Shown: piece after piece, positions 39,716-52,440 of the stretch
How positions within the stretch are numbered: position 1 is the first letter of the stretch
Layout: every line of letters begins with the position of its first letter
NCBI GenBank assembly: GCA_013239625.1
Contig: MU054187.1
Coordinates: forward strand, 12,990,974 to 13,054,973
Origin: Lama guanicoe
Taxonomy: Eukaryota
Direction: 5' to 3'
Length of the DNA stretch: 64,000 nucleotides
Program-made: the position numbers and the translations under genes
Notes under the pieces: generated by a model
Database searches by the model: none
What the model saw: only the letters and a program-made list of their open reading frames with translations
Told to the model about the DNA's origin: nothing

Positions 39716-41594
39716 TTGCTATGATTAGTACCACTTTCTGAATAATTTTTACTTTCAATTTTATTTTCTCTTTGAGTTATTGGTTATTTAAAAATGGATT
39801 TCTTAATTTTTAATATCTAAGAGTCTTTTGGTCTTCTTTTAGTTATTTATGTCTAGTTTTACTAGTTAATGATCAGATATTGCAATAGGTAAAACCTAAA
39901 TTACTTTACTCTGTTAAAGTTTTCTTTGTGGCCAAATATATGATAATATTTTGTAAGTATTGCATAAAAATTTAAAAAGGCTAAAAGGTTTACATAAATG
40001 TGTATATTCTACTAATTCATGCTTGTAGACTGTATAATTCACATAATGTATTTATGTGCTTATAATTTTTATTTACTAAAGTTATCAAATTCTGAAGGAA
40101 GTTTATTAAAGATTCCCATTGTAATTGAGTTTAAATAAACATCTTATATTTCTAGAATTTTTGTTCCTTATATATATGAATTCTGTGTCTTTTGAACTCC
40201 TTTGCTTTGTTAAATCTCTGATATATGACAAAATTTCTAAAAATTTACCTTATAATTTCCACCTATTTTTGTTCTGTCATGAGATTCTTCTCCCATTGAT
40301 CTTTTAAACCACTGATTTAGTACCTAGAGGTGGCCATTTTCTTTTTCAGTTCACCTATTTTTAAAAAATTAACAGCAATGGGTTTTAGTCCCAGAAAATC
40401 TTTTCTATGTTGCCAGTGCAACTCTAATATTCTTTTTGTTTTTTTTTAATTAAAGTTTTACTTCATTGGAATCCAAAAATTTCAATTTGTTGGTTTTCCC
40501 TCAGATTATTGAGCCCCAATTAAATAGATTGTGGTTTTTCTTTGTCTGCTTATGGTTTTTGTTTTCCCTTAGCATTCATACAAGCCAGGCTATTATGGTC
40601 TCTCAAGTAGAGATAAGCGAGTGAACAATGAATGTCAATGATATTTATGTTCTTGCGGGCTGTCCAATCATTTCCCCCCGTTAAGCGGTGGGAGTTAGTC
40701 TCTTGTCCCAGGTTGGACAATTACAAGTAATGGTCTTTTCTCTAACCTCGGGAGCTGTAGGTTATTCTGCCCACCAGTGTAGGTTTCCTCCAAGTTCTGC
40801 AGAGTTGGTAGCAATGAGCCATCTGAGAGCCACATGCAGCAAATGGGCAGGTTACTACCTCTTGGATTCTCAGGGAATTACAATTTGTGACCAATTTCCC
40901 CAAACCTCAATGAGAGGTGAACTTTTTTTTTGCTTTGCTCTCTCTCAGGTTCGAGATGAAGTCGGGGTTTATTAGCAATAATAAGCTGAAAATGGGGGGT
41001 GAGTGGGGGTAATCTCTGGTTGAAATAAAAAAAAATCATTCAAAATAACAACAAAAATGATAAGATGCCAAAGAACAAATTTAAGAAATTTTATAAAGAA
41101 AACAGTAAATTATTATTAAATATTATAGACCCAAACACATGAGTAAAATGTAACATGCTCAAACATAGGAAGTCTTAATACTCTAAATTAAATGAATAAG
41201 ATAGAACCATGTCTATAAACCTGAAGGGATATGCATTTGCAAGTGAAAAAGCAAGGTACAGAGTAATATGCATGGTATGATATCATTTTTGAAAACAAAA
41301 GCACACCTAATAAATAACATACATGTTTAGAAAAGGATGGAGAAAGTTAAGATACATCCCAAGCTGATAGCAACTGGTCACTTCAAGAGGATGGGAATGG
41401 AAGGGAACTGAGGGGAGGTCACTTTTTCTTTAAACATATTTGGATTGTTTCACTTCTTAAATTGCATCCTTGATATTTGTAACTTTAAATACATCATCAA
41501 AGATGTTTAAAACGTAATCGTTCTTGTTTGGGGTACAGGTTGTAAGGTAATTTGGCTATAGCATCACGACTGGGAAAGAAAGAAGCACTGTGAA

Positions 41595-41850
41595 GTCAGT
41601 TTCAAACCAATGTCACAACCCATTAATGGGTCTTGAAGTGACATAACTGGTTTGTTATTAACATTTTTTGAAAAATGGAATAGAAAATAAAATAACCGAG
41701 GGCATCACCCCTAATAAGGGTAAGTATCACTCCCTGAATTTTTTTTTCAGGCATATAGATGTTCACACATACAAATGTGTTTGTACTAGATTGTGATGGA
41801 AAATATTTTCAACTGTGGGCTGCTGTTAAAAAAGTTTAAAGGTCACTGCT
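41595..41850. mobile_element. hAT-Charlie non-autonomous DNA transposon remnant
   Basis: Degenerate termini cagtttcaaac...aaagtttaaaggtcactg and an internal palindrome acccattaatgggt. Confidence 0.5.
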
Positions 41851-44368
41851 TTTAGAAGTAAAAATGACAGAACACATCAACTGATAGATTCTGCAGTAAA
41901 GGAAGAGAGTCAAATAATGTTAAGGTTTAGAACTCTAGAAAATGAAAGAAAAATACACTTCATCATATTTCATTTGGTCTAGCCACCTCCAGGAATCCAT
42001 CTCTTTAATTAACATCTACTCCAAGATGTCAGAACAAAATTAGGATCCAGGTCAATTGTTAAAAATAAGAGTAGTCCACAGGTGCCAACCTGGTATCATA
42101 TCAGGCATTCCAAGAAGGCAAATGATTACAAATAGGCCTCCTCTTCCAGGACCTAATATTCTGTTGTTACATTGCATTCTCTTTTCTGAATCATTGTCCA
42201 TTCCAGGGCAGCTCTCTCTCTCTCTCTCCCTCTCTCTCTCTCTTTAAACAACCATTTAGAACAATGATTACTTAGTCATCCCACTGTCATTCCCACTCTC
42301 ACCTCTTCTCCAACCTTTTTCTAGTTAGCTATCTCTTTAACACACAGAATAGAGACCAGTCAGAATTAAAAACTAGACCCCTCTCTCCTTTGAGCTACCC
42401 AATGTTCCCAGTAAAGACACCTATAAAACCAAGACTTCATTCCCTTACTAGTTCACATGGTGGTCTCTCTCTTCTTGAACATAAGCACATACAGCCATTG
42501 AATGTAGGGTAAGTTTTCTGTTTTGCTTTAAATTGATCTTTATTTCCTCAGTACCTAGTACTATGCCTGGTACATAGTCTATAATGAGTGAATAAATGAG
42601 TACATACTAAGTCACTCACTAAATTTTAACTCCATAATTTACAAACTTTGCTTCATAAATGTCCATTTTCCTGTATCTTAAACTACTAATCATCTGGATC
42701 TTTTCCTTTATTATTCTGTATGCATGTATGAGCTTTCCATATTAAACTATTTCCTTCCTTCATGTCACTGCCAAACATTCTGGAAAACTAGTCAAATTTT
42801 TCTACCTTCACTTTCTCAACTTGCATTCACTCCTGAACTCTTAAAATATGGCTTCCCCTGATCAAAATATTAGGTCCAACTGCAATTTACAAGAAATATG
42901 GATGACAAAGGAACACATCAAAATACAACAGAGAGGAGGTGGCCAAGATGGTGGAGTGAGAAGACTCCAAACTTACGTCCCACTGACACACCAAAATTAC
43001 AACTACTTATAAAGCAGCTATCTATGAAAATGATCTAAAGACTAGCAGAAAGGATTTCTCACAATTAAAGATGTAAAGAAAGAATTACAATGAGATCAGG
43101 AATAGGGGCAGACATGCAGTATAGTCAGACCCACAAAGAGGAAGAATTTCAATCACAGAGGAGCAAGGAGCAAGGGGTCTGAACACCATATAGGGTTCCC
43201 CAGCCCAGGGATCCTGCACTGGGAATATAAGCACCCAGAACATGTGGCTTTGAAAACCAGCAGGGCTGATGTTTTTGGGAGAGCTGGAGGGCTTTAGGAA
43301 ACAGAAACTCCACTCTTAAAGGGCATGTGCCAAATCTCACATGCTCTGAGTCCCAGCATACAGGCAGTAATTTAAAAGAAGCCTGGGTCAGACCCACTTG
43401 CTGATCTTGGAGAGCCTTTCATAGTGGCAGAAGGAAACTGCAACTCCCCCTGGGGAGGAAGACGCAGTAACAGTAGCCATTTTGGGGTGCATGTTCCATC
43501 ACAAGGACACTGATGCTGGCAAGTGCCACTTTGGAATCCTCTCTCTAGCATACAAGCACCAAGGGCTTACCCACCCACCAGTGGGCTGCCACCAGCCCCA
43601 AGCCCACATGCAGTGAGACAGCCACACTGAAATGTGGCTCCACATTTCAATAGGCTGGCACCAGTTCCATGTTCCCCTGGGCTGGGCATCCAACCACACG
43701 GGAAGCCTACCTTGCCCTCCAGCAGGCCTGCAGCATGACACAAGGTCTGCTTGGCCAGACTCATCAAGAAAAAGAGGGAGTCCAAACAAACATAATCAGA
43801 AATGAAAGGTGAGAAGCTGCAACTGATACCACAGAAATGCAAAGGATCATATGAGATTCCTATGTTATATGCCAATAAAATGACCTTGAAGAAATGAACA
43901 AATTCTTAGAAATGTATACTCTTTCCAAGACGAAACAGAAAGGAATAGCAAATATAAACAGACCAATTACCAGCAGTAAAAATAAATCAGAAATAAGTAA
44001 TTCCTAACAAACAAAAGTCCAAGATCAGATGGCTTCACAGGTAAATTCTAAAGAAGAGCTATTACCTATCATTCTCAAACTACTATAAAAAAATTGAAGA
44101 GGGAGGAATGCTGCCAAACTCATTCTATGAGGGCAGCATCACCCTGATATCAAAACCTGGCTAAAACACCACAAGAAAAGAAAATTAAAATCCAATATTA
44201 CTGATGAGCATAAAGTCCTCAATCATATATTAGCAAACTGAATTCAACAATCATTAAAAGGATCATACACCATAATCAAGTGGGGTTTATCCTAGGGATG
44301 CAAGGATGGTTCAATATTGGTAAATCAATCAACGTGATGCACCACATTAACACATTGAAACAAAACAT

Positions 44369-45010
44369 TTGATCCACTCAACAGATGGAGAGAGAGCTTT
44401 TGACAAAATTCAACATCCATTTATGATAAAAACTCTCAACAACATAGGTATACAGGTAGCATATCTCGATATAATAAAGGCCATATATGACAAGCCCACA
44501 GCCAACATCATATTCGACAGTGAAAAACTGAAAGCATTTCCCCTAAGATCAGGAAGAAGACAAGAATGTCCACTCTTGACACTTTTACTCAATATAATAT
44601 TGAAATTCCTAGCCATAGTTATCAGTCATGAAAGAAGGGGGATTGAAATTGGAAATGAAGAAGTAAAGCTGTCACTATCTGCAGATGAGATGATACTATA
44701 TATAGAAAATCCTAAAGACACTACCAGAAAACTATTAGAACAAATAAATGAATTCACTAAAGTTGTAGGACGCAAAATTAATATACAGAAGTCTGTTCCA
44801 TTTTTATACACTAATATCAAACTATTGGAAAGAGACATTAAGAAAGCAATCCCATTTACAATTGTTTTGAAAAGAATAAAATACCTAGGAATAAACCTAA
44901 CAAAACAAGTAAAAGACTTTTACTCTAGAAACCATAAGACATTGATAAAAGAAACTGAAGACTATGCAACAAATGGAGAGATATACTGTGCTCATGGATT
45001 GGAAGAATGA
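44369..45010 (+). pseudogene. L1 ORF2 reverse transcriptase fragment (non-functional)
   Basis: AFDKIQHPFMIKTL...LKAFPLRSG.RQ.CPL...IKYLGINLTK. The catalytic FADD motif has decayed to SADE, and the fragment is flanked by stops and frameshifts. Confidence 0.93.
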
Positions 45011-45240
45011 ATATTGTTAAAATGACCATACTGCCCAAGGCAATCTATAGATTCAATGCAATCCCTATCAAAATACCAAAAACATTTTTCATAGACTAAA
45101 ATAATTCTAAACTTTGTATGAAAACACAAAAGACCCTAAACAGCCAAAAACGATCTTGAGAAAGAAGAACAAAACTGGAGGGATCAGGCTCCCTGACTTC
45201 AAACTATACTACAAAGCTACAGTGATCAAAACAGCATTGC

Positions 45241-45408
45241 AGGGTAAGGTATAGCTCAGTGGTAGCACACATGCTTAATATGAACAAGGTGCTGGGTTCA
45301 GTCCCCAACACCTTCATTCACTCAATCATTCAAACCACCTCCCCCCACAAACAAAAATAAAACAAAAAAATAAGTAAAAAATTTTAAAAATCAATTAAAA
45401 AAAAAACC
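45241..45408 (+). mobile_element. tRNA-derived SINE (camelid Vic-1-like) inserted in L1 ORF2
   Basis: A-box TAGCTCAGTGG, B-box GGTTCAGTCC, C-rich patch and A-rich tail. TSD aaacagcatt (~45229-45238) / aaacaacatt (45409-45418). Confidence 0.85.
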
Positions 45409-47243
45409 AAACAACATTATGGTACTGAAACAAAAACAGACACATAGATCAATGGAGCAGAATAAACAGTCCAGAAATAAACCTACACTTATATGGTCAA
45501 TTAATCTTTGACAAAGGAGACAGGAATATAAAATATAATATATAATATAATATATAAAAATAAACTGAAAATGGGTTGAAGACTTAAACATTAGACTGAA
45601 ACTATAAAAGTCCTAGAAGAAAACATAGGCAGTAGCCTCTTTGACATCAGCCTTAGCAGTATTTTGAGGGATCTGTTTTCTCAGGCAAGAACAAAATAAC
45701 AAAATAAACAAAAGCAAAATAAACAAATGAGACTACATCAAATGAAAAGGCTTTTGCATGGTGAAGGAGACAATCAGCAAAACAAAAGGCAGCATGGTGA
45801 ATGGGAAAAGATACTTGCAAACGGTGTATTCCATATGGAGTGAATATCTAGAATATACAAGTATTCATAAACTCAACATCAAAGAACACATAATTCAATT
45901 AAAAAATGTGCAGGGACCTAAATAGACATTTTTCCAAAGAAGACATACAGACGGCTAACAGAACCAAGAAAAGGTGCTCAACATCACTCATCATCTGTGA
46001 AATACAAATCAAAATCAAAATGAGATACCACGTCACACCTGTCAGAATGGCTGTCTTCCGAAAGACACAAATAACAAGTGTTGATGAATATGTGGGAAAA
46101 AGGGAAACTTGTGCACTGCTGGTGGAATGTAAGTTGGTACAGCCACTATGGAAAACAGTCTAAGATTTCTCAAAAAATTAAAAATAGAACTACCATATGA
46201 TAGAGCAATTCCACTTCTGGGGATTTTTCCGAAGAAAAGAAAACATTAATTTGAAGAGATATATGCACCTCTATGTTTGCTGCAGCATTATTTACAACAG
46301 TCAAAATACAGAAGCATCCACAGTTAGATGAATAGATAAAGAAGATATGGTGTATATGTACATATAATGGAATATTATTCAGCCATAAAAATGAAATCTT
46401 GACATTTGCAACAACATGGTTGGATCTACAGGGTATTATGCTAAGTGAATTAAGTCAGACAGAGGAAGATAAACACTCCGTGGCTTCACTTATACATGGA
46501 ATCTAAAAACAAAACAAACAAAACAAAGTAAAAACAGACTCACAAATGCAGAGAACGGGTAGCTGCCAGAGGGGAGGATGAAATAAGTGAAGGGGATTAA
46601 GAGGGACGAAGTTCCAGTTATAAAATAAATGAACCACGGGGATGTAACATACAGCATAAGGAATGAAGTCAATAATACTGCAATAACTTTGTGTGGCTAA
46701 CAGACTCATTGCAGTGATCATTTCATAATGTATGGAAATCATCAAGCAGTAAACCTGAAACCAACATAATATTGTACATCAACTCTATTTCCATTTTAAA
46801 ATGTCAATTAAAAATGAATAAATGAAATAAAATAAAACACAGCATCGGGATGTAATCAGCAGAATCAGGTTGAGAAAACAGAATCATCATGCAAAGTCAA
46901 AGCCACAGGTAAAAGAGCCAAGGTTTAATTCTACAAAATGAGGGAAGGAGCAAAATGGAGAGACTTGCAAAGGTAGAAGTTTGGAGGTTCCGAAGTGGAA
47001 TAGAATCAAAGATGAGCAGAAAGTCCAGATGATCGTTAAAATGTCAATACAAGTGTGTTCTGGGGCTCCAGCACCTGTGTGGTGGTGGTGGTGACAGCCT
47101 GGGCCAGCAGCCCGCCTTTCTGACAGGACCTGCTCAAACTCTTGCTTGAGCAACTCCCATTACCCCTAGATACACAGCAAGTATTTGAGTGCCTTCCATA
47201 TGCTCAGTATATTATCCTAGTTCTGCTTCTCATTTTACTTACA

Positions 47244-47370
47244 CCAATTGTTCTTAAACTTTCAGGGGGGCATGGCTCCTTTGGGAGTCCAGTGAAAGGC
47301 ATGAACTATTTCCCTAGGATAAAGTGCCCGTAAACACCTATTCACAAAATTTGGCGTGCCATTTATTTTA
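47244..47370. mobile_element. hAT-Charlie MITE fragment
   Basis: caattgttcttaaactttcagggggcatggctcctttgggagtccagtgaaaggcatg resembles a Charlie-type terminus. Confidence 0.45.
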
Positions 47371-47711
47371 TTGCATTGGAAATTTACTTCAGATATGAAG
47401 ACTATAAAACAATCTTCATGTTACAAATCAAAGACTAGCCATTTTTGATAATGAGAAAGGAACAAAGGCGTTTTCAACAAAAGTAACCTAATTGTGTTCA
47501 AAAGTAAATTTCCATGCCGTTGTTTCACTTGACAGCAATGCTGTTAACCATTGTATAGTTCATGATTCAACACATTTGTGCCATTTTTAGATATTCAATC
47601 AATTTTGAATTTCTATTTAGTTAATAACGACTGCTAAAAATCTTACTCCTAAAGGTATGCCCCAAGAAAGGAATTATTTCGCTTTGTTCCCTCTGTTAGT
47701 TGAAGATTAAG

Positions 47712-48140
47712 TGTTACAAGTTGGGTTTCCTAGAGAATACTGTCTAAGACAATTAGCACTCGGTCAGTTGATGAGGGTGTGCTGTTGGGGTCAACACTGT
47801 GGGAGGGAAGAAGGAAAGTAGGATGGGCAGCGAAAGAAGCTGCCTGCAAGGCAGGCTTCAGGAAGGCTTTGGCCACACAAGAGAAGGCCCTGAGGGGTAA
47901 CCTGAGTTAGGGCTAGAAGCAGGGCCACTGGGCTCCCATATTAGATAGTCCTGGGATGCACGCTGCCCCGGGAAGGTTGTGCCCTCAGGCAAGGCTGTGC
48001 TTTTCAGCCCAGGCAATCCTGAGAGAGCTGACAGCTGGCAAGCGCCTTCCAGCCGCACTGCCAGTGGCAATCCCAGCAGCTGGGAATCAGTCTTCATTCC
48101 GGACGGGGGATCTGGGCAGCACGTGACAGTGTTCGCTGCA
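47712..48140 (-). mobile_element. ERVL/MaLR-class solo LTR
   Basis: GC-richer block starting tgttacaagttgggtttcctagagaatactgtctaagac, typical of a reverse-oriented ERVL LTR terminus. Confidence 0.55.
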
Positions 48141-49074
48141 GGAGGCTCCAGTCAGGAAACACCAGGATTCTCGAAGACTCCTTGAACTGAATTCTTATCC
48201 CATCATTTCTGCGTCCAGTTCATACTCCACCTTTGACACGGTCTGCCGTCTTTCTCGTTTTCACTGCAGACAAATGGCTACAGCGTTATCACTCTTGGCT
48301 CGTCTATAGACACACTTGCCCAGCACTAAAAATTTCACATTAAAACCCACCTGAAATGACCCTCTCCTAGTTTCCTTAGGCTGTTTTCTAAGAGTTCCTT
48401 CAGATTCTTGAAATAAAGTAATTACCTCAATCATATATGTCTACATTTTCTGCAAAGTCAATCAAGCTGGGTTGGAGCTCTGGTCAATATTCTGAGTGGC
48501 TTCTCTCTTTACTTAGAGGAGATGAAATGTCCATTTGATGGTTAAGTACTTTAAAGCCTCGACCTCTGGGATGCCTGTGAACTTCAGGTATTCCACTATT
48601 CAGAAGAAGCAGAGAAAGCTGTTATATTGTTTCCCCATTTCTGAACTAAACTTCTGGAAAAGTGACTTGATTTAAATCTGCAGCTCTAATTGAGTCCATG
48701 AATCTCATGTAAGATGATTGTTTGGAAAATCCTTCAATAAAATAACAAATTCTGACATGTTCTGGGGCCTTGCAGATTTTCCACTTATTTGTGGAAGATC
48801 AATATTTTTTTTCTGACTCAAAACTTATAAAATAGAATCTCTTTTTTTTTTTATCAGTATGCACATCACAGAAGAAAACCAGAGACACTAGGCATCAGAT
48901 GTTTTATCTGGCTGTAATCTGAAGGGAATTAGAGGAGTATCAGTGAGTCTTAGTGACATCCTTTGATGAAGGAACCACTTCAGTTTTCTTCCTCTGCCTC
49001 TGCCCATTTTCAGAGCACTTTGAGGTTGCGCTAATTTTGACCCCATTTATTTGGATTCGAGGCAATCACCCTTA

Positions 49075-49350
49075 TAATAACAACAAAGCTACTAATTATT
49101 GAGGGCCTTCTACATGTCACATACAGTTCTGAGTGTTTTACTTGTATTGCCTCAATTAATTCCCACAATAACCCAACGGCACAAGTACCACACTATTGCT
49201 CCCATTTTACAGATTCCCATTTTTAGACGAGAAGATTGATACCAAATGTGTTAATGGCCAGCCTACACTCACATAACTAGCGAGTGGAAAGCTAGGACTC
49301 AAATGCACATGACTCCTTGACTTTAGAGTCCACTCTCTTAACTGCACTAT
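49075..49350 (-). mobile_element. MIR SINE
   Basis: gctactaattattgagggccttctacatgtc...taattcccacaataaccc...cccattttacagat...agctaggactcaaatgc. Confidence 0.8.
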
Positions 49351-49482
49351 ATGGGGTTTCAAGCATCTCTGGCAGACAAATTGTGGTTTGGGAGTCATCC
49401 CAATATTTTTAAGTTGAGCCTTCCTCTCACCAAAGAATTTCCTCTCACCAAAGAATTCTTCTGCCTTGCCTGGGATGCTTTC

Positions 49483-49495
49483 TCACACACACACT

Positions 49496-49526
<31 letters not shown>

Positions 49527-49540
49527 ACACACATACACAC
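49483..49540. repeat. Imperfect (CA)n microsatellite
   Basis: Direct reading. Confidence 0.95.
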
Positions 49541-49839
49541 CGCTGCTTCTTTAGTTTCTCTGGCTTCATGCTTCCATCGATAGGAAGCCCTGGGGCTCCT
49601 TGCTGCGTTTTCAGCAACAGCAGTAGAATCAAAGAGAGCTGAGCTCTGTCCCACTTTCAGTATCGTTTTTCAGTAAAGGCCAAGGCCAATATAAACAAGA
49701 CAAATTTCTATGATCCTAATAGCAGATCTTTTATTTAATCCCTATATATTGGAGATGATGCTCAGTATCCTACCGTGGGGATAATGGCAAGTATGCATTG
49801 TTTGAGTATGCCCGCCTTATGTCTATCTAGAGTGTACAT

Positions 49840-50295
49840 TAGCTATTGTTTGCATGTCCCGTTCTTCCTCCAGACCCAGTCTCTGCTCTTCTCCACCCTC
49901 TCCTGCCTCAGCAGGCTGGTCTCTGCAGACTATATCACCCAGGCTCCCATCCAATGACCTTCAATTGGACTTGGCCAATGGGAAGCTCGAGGAGGACCAT
50001 CAGAGGATGGGAGGAGAGTGGTAGGTGTGTTTCTTCCCTGCTCCCTCCTGCTGTGTGCCACGGTTTTCCCAGGGTCTGCTTCCCTCCAGGACCGCAGCTC
50101 CCCCTCAGTAGTCCTTCCTCCATGGCGCCAGCACTCTTTGGACATCCCAGTGCTGGCAGTCTCTTGGTGCATCACCATGCCTTATTATCCCCTTAACCTT
50201 GCCAACACCTATGTAAAGAGCTCCCTTATTAAATACACTTCATTTGTATCACCTGAGTGGAATTCTGTCTTCTGCTGGGACTTGAACCAATTCCG
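49840..50295 (+). mobile_element. ERVL solo LTR (LTR33/LTR16-like)
   Basis: 3' end ccttgccaacacctatgtaaagagctcccttattaaa...ctgtcttctgctgggac resembles the LTR33-type terminus with an ATTAAA signal. Confidence 0.7.
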
Positions 50296-50519
50296 AGTAA
50301 AAGAGTGCAATCTAATAAGAATATTTGAGATATAAAAGAAAAATAAACAATTTTTCTAAATAAGAGGGCGAAGATGAAAGAAAACTATCATTGGGAAGCC
50401 TAATTCACAACTCCCTTAAAGCCCACATTTGCAGAGCCAAAACCCCTGCTTTTCACAGTCTTTCTGAGTGAGCCAGGTCTCTTCTCATGACTCCCAGTGT
50501 CACCTGAAATCTTGCACTA

Positions 50520-50668
50520 AAAGCATGGTCCCTGGACTGGCAGCCCCAGCATCGCCTGAGATCTTGCTAGAAAAGCAGAATCTCAAGCCTTCTCCAGACC
50601 TACTGAATCAATATCTCTATTTAAAAATAGTCTCAGTTATTCATACTCATATAAAAATTTGAAATACG
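50520..50668. mobile_element. MER5-like hAT-Charlie element
   Basis: cagcatcgcctgagatcttgctagaaaagcagaatctcaagcc...cagacctactgaatca. Confidence 0.8.
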
Positions 50669-50708
50669 TTAGATAGACATGATGAGCCTAAATTTTACAT
50701 ATTTAGTT

Positions 50709-50920
50709 CTGTGGTTCTCAACTGGAAGCAATTTCGTCCCTCAGGGAAATTTGTCAATGTTTGGAGACATTTGCGGTTGTCACAACTGGGAAGTGCTGTT
50801 GGCTTCTAGAGAGAATACACCAAGGATGCTGCTAAACATTCTACAAGGTACCAGACAACCCTGTACAACAAAGAATTCTCCACCTCCAAAGGTCAATAAT
50901 GCCAAGGTTGAGAAACTCTG
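50709..50920. mobile_element. MER20 hAT-Charlie MITE
   Basis: TIRs ctgtggttctcaac / gttgagaaactctg, with internal ggagacatttgcggttgtcacaactgg and ggatgctgctaaacattctacaa. Confidence 0.9.
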
Positions 50921-51787
50921 CTTCATCCTAACTCCTATGTCCCTTGGCCCATATTTTTGACTGCCCAAAACATATCTCTATCTTGATATCTAGTGATAAC
51001 TCAAATCATATTCTCTTACAATCACCATCATCATTCCCAGATCTCGATAATCCTTGCAACCAAACTCAGCTTTCCTAAACTAGAAAACTGGAAGTCATCC
51101 TTGAAGGCCTCCCTTTCTCCATCCAATTGTTCATAAAATCTTGTCACTTTTACCTCCTCTGATAAAACCTTCCTTCACACCTCCATCATTCTTGCCTCAC
51201 CCACCACAGCAGCCATTTAGCTAGATTCTCTGCCTCTTGCCTCTCACTAGGTGAGCCTGCTCCTCACAATGATGCCTGAGCCACTTCCCTAAGGACAAAT
51301 GTGATTCTCATTTTCCCATCTGAAAAGCTCTTCTGGTCCCCAACACTTGGTGTTGAAATTGCAAAATGTCTACTGAAGATGATTAATTTGGTTCACACGA
51401 TGTTTTTAAAACCAAGGAATTTCATAGAAAGTTTCACTTTTCTAGATTCTCCTTATAAAAATTAGAAGGTGAATCAACCCTGAGCTCAGAGTCACCTATA
51501 AATTTTTCTGCTACTCTCTCAATGGGCATGAGCTGTTCAGTTTGTCTCCATGGCTTAATTCCATCATTTCTGAACCCATTTTTTTGCCTTGACCCCGTAA
51601 GCACTTTGGCTTGCAGAATAACATCTTTAAAAAGCCTTAAATTATGATTATGGTGATGCTGATGACACAAATTGGTCCTAATTTACCTCTCCACCTCATC
51701 CTCCCCAACCCCCACACAAAAAAGAACTACATCATTATGGGTATTCAACATCCACGTTATCTCAGAAAACTGAACCAATTCTTTTCT

Positions 51788-52440
51788 TTCATTTATTTGG
51801 CAAATATTCGTTGAGTGCCCTATTATATGTCAGACATTGTTCAAGGCAGAGGAGATACAGAAGAAAACAATACAAAGACAAAGTGCCTCCTCTCATGAAA
51901 CGTATCTTCTGGGAAGACCAATATGTCAGACAGTGATGAGTGCTACGAAGAAAAACAAAACAGGGAGGATAAAGAATGGTGGGGTTGGGGCGTGAGGTGC
52001 TGTTTTGTACAGGGTTGCCAGGGAAGGCCTCTTTGATAGGAAAAGGTGGGCAAAGAGCTAAAGCAAGTGTTAAAGTAGGCTACAGAGATGGCTGGGGAGG
52101 AGCAGGTGGGAAGGCCTTGAGGTCTGAACATGCTTCAGGGAGCTGAGCATCTCCAAGGTCACTACTGCTGGAGTGAAGTAAGCAAAGTGATAAGAAGTGG
52201 GAAATGAGACCAGACAATCAGTTAGGAAATCAGATTACAAAGGGGAGTTTTGTAGGCATGATGGGCAATTTTGATTTTACCCGGAGTGAAATAAAGAACC
52301 ACTGGAGGGTCTGGAGCAGAGTCATGACATAATGACTCCTTTTAAAAGAATCACTTTAACTGCTGTGCAGAAAACAAACTTATAGTGGCAAGGGTAGGAG
52401 AGGGGAGGCCAATTAGAGAGCTATTACAACAGTCCATTAC
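51788..52440 (-). mobile_element. L2 LINE 3' region
   Basis: catttatttggcaaatattcgttgagtgccctattatatgtcagacattgttc...agagtcatgacataatgactccttttaaaagaatcact. Confidence 0.85.

Larger units (their letters stand above)
42931..46833 (+). mobile_element. L1 LINE retaining its 5' UTR but lacking ORF1 and the endonuclease region; inactive
   Basis: Starts gagaggaggtggccaagatggtggagtgagaagac (L1 5' end). ORF2 sequence begins ~43751, followed by 3' UTR and A-rich tail. Degenerate TSD aaaatacaaca (42920-42930) / aaaacacagca (46834-46844). Confidence 0.92.

Noticed and set aside
45245..45315. tRNA gene
   Set aside because: Has A/B boxes but also an A-rich tail and TSDs, and no intact cloverleaf, so it is a SINE.
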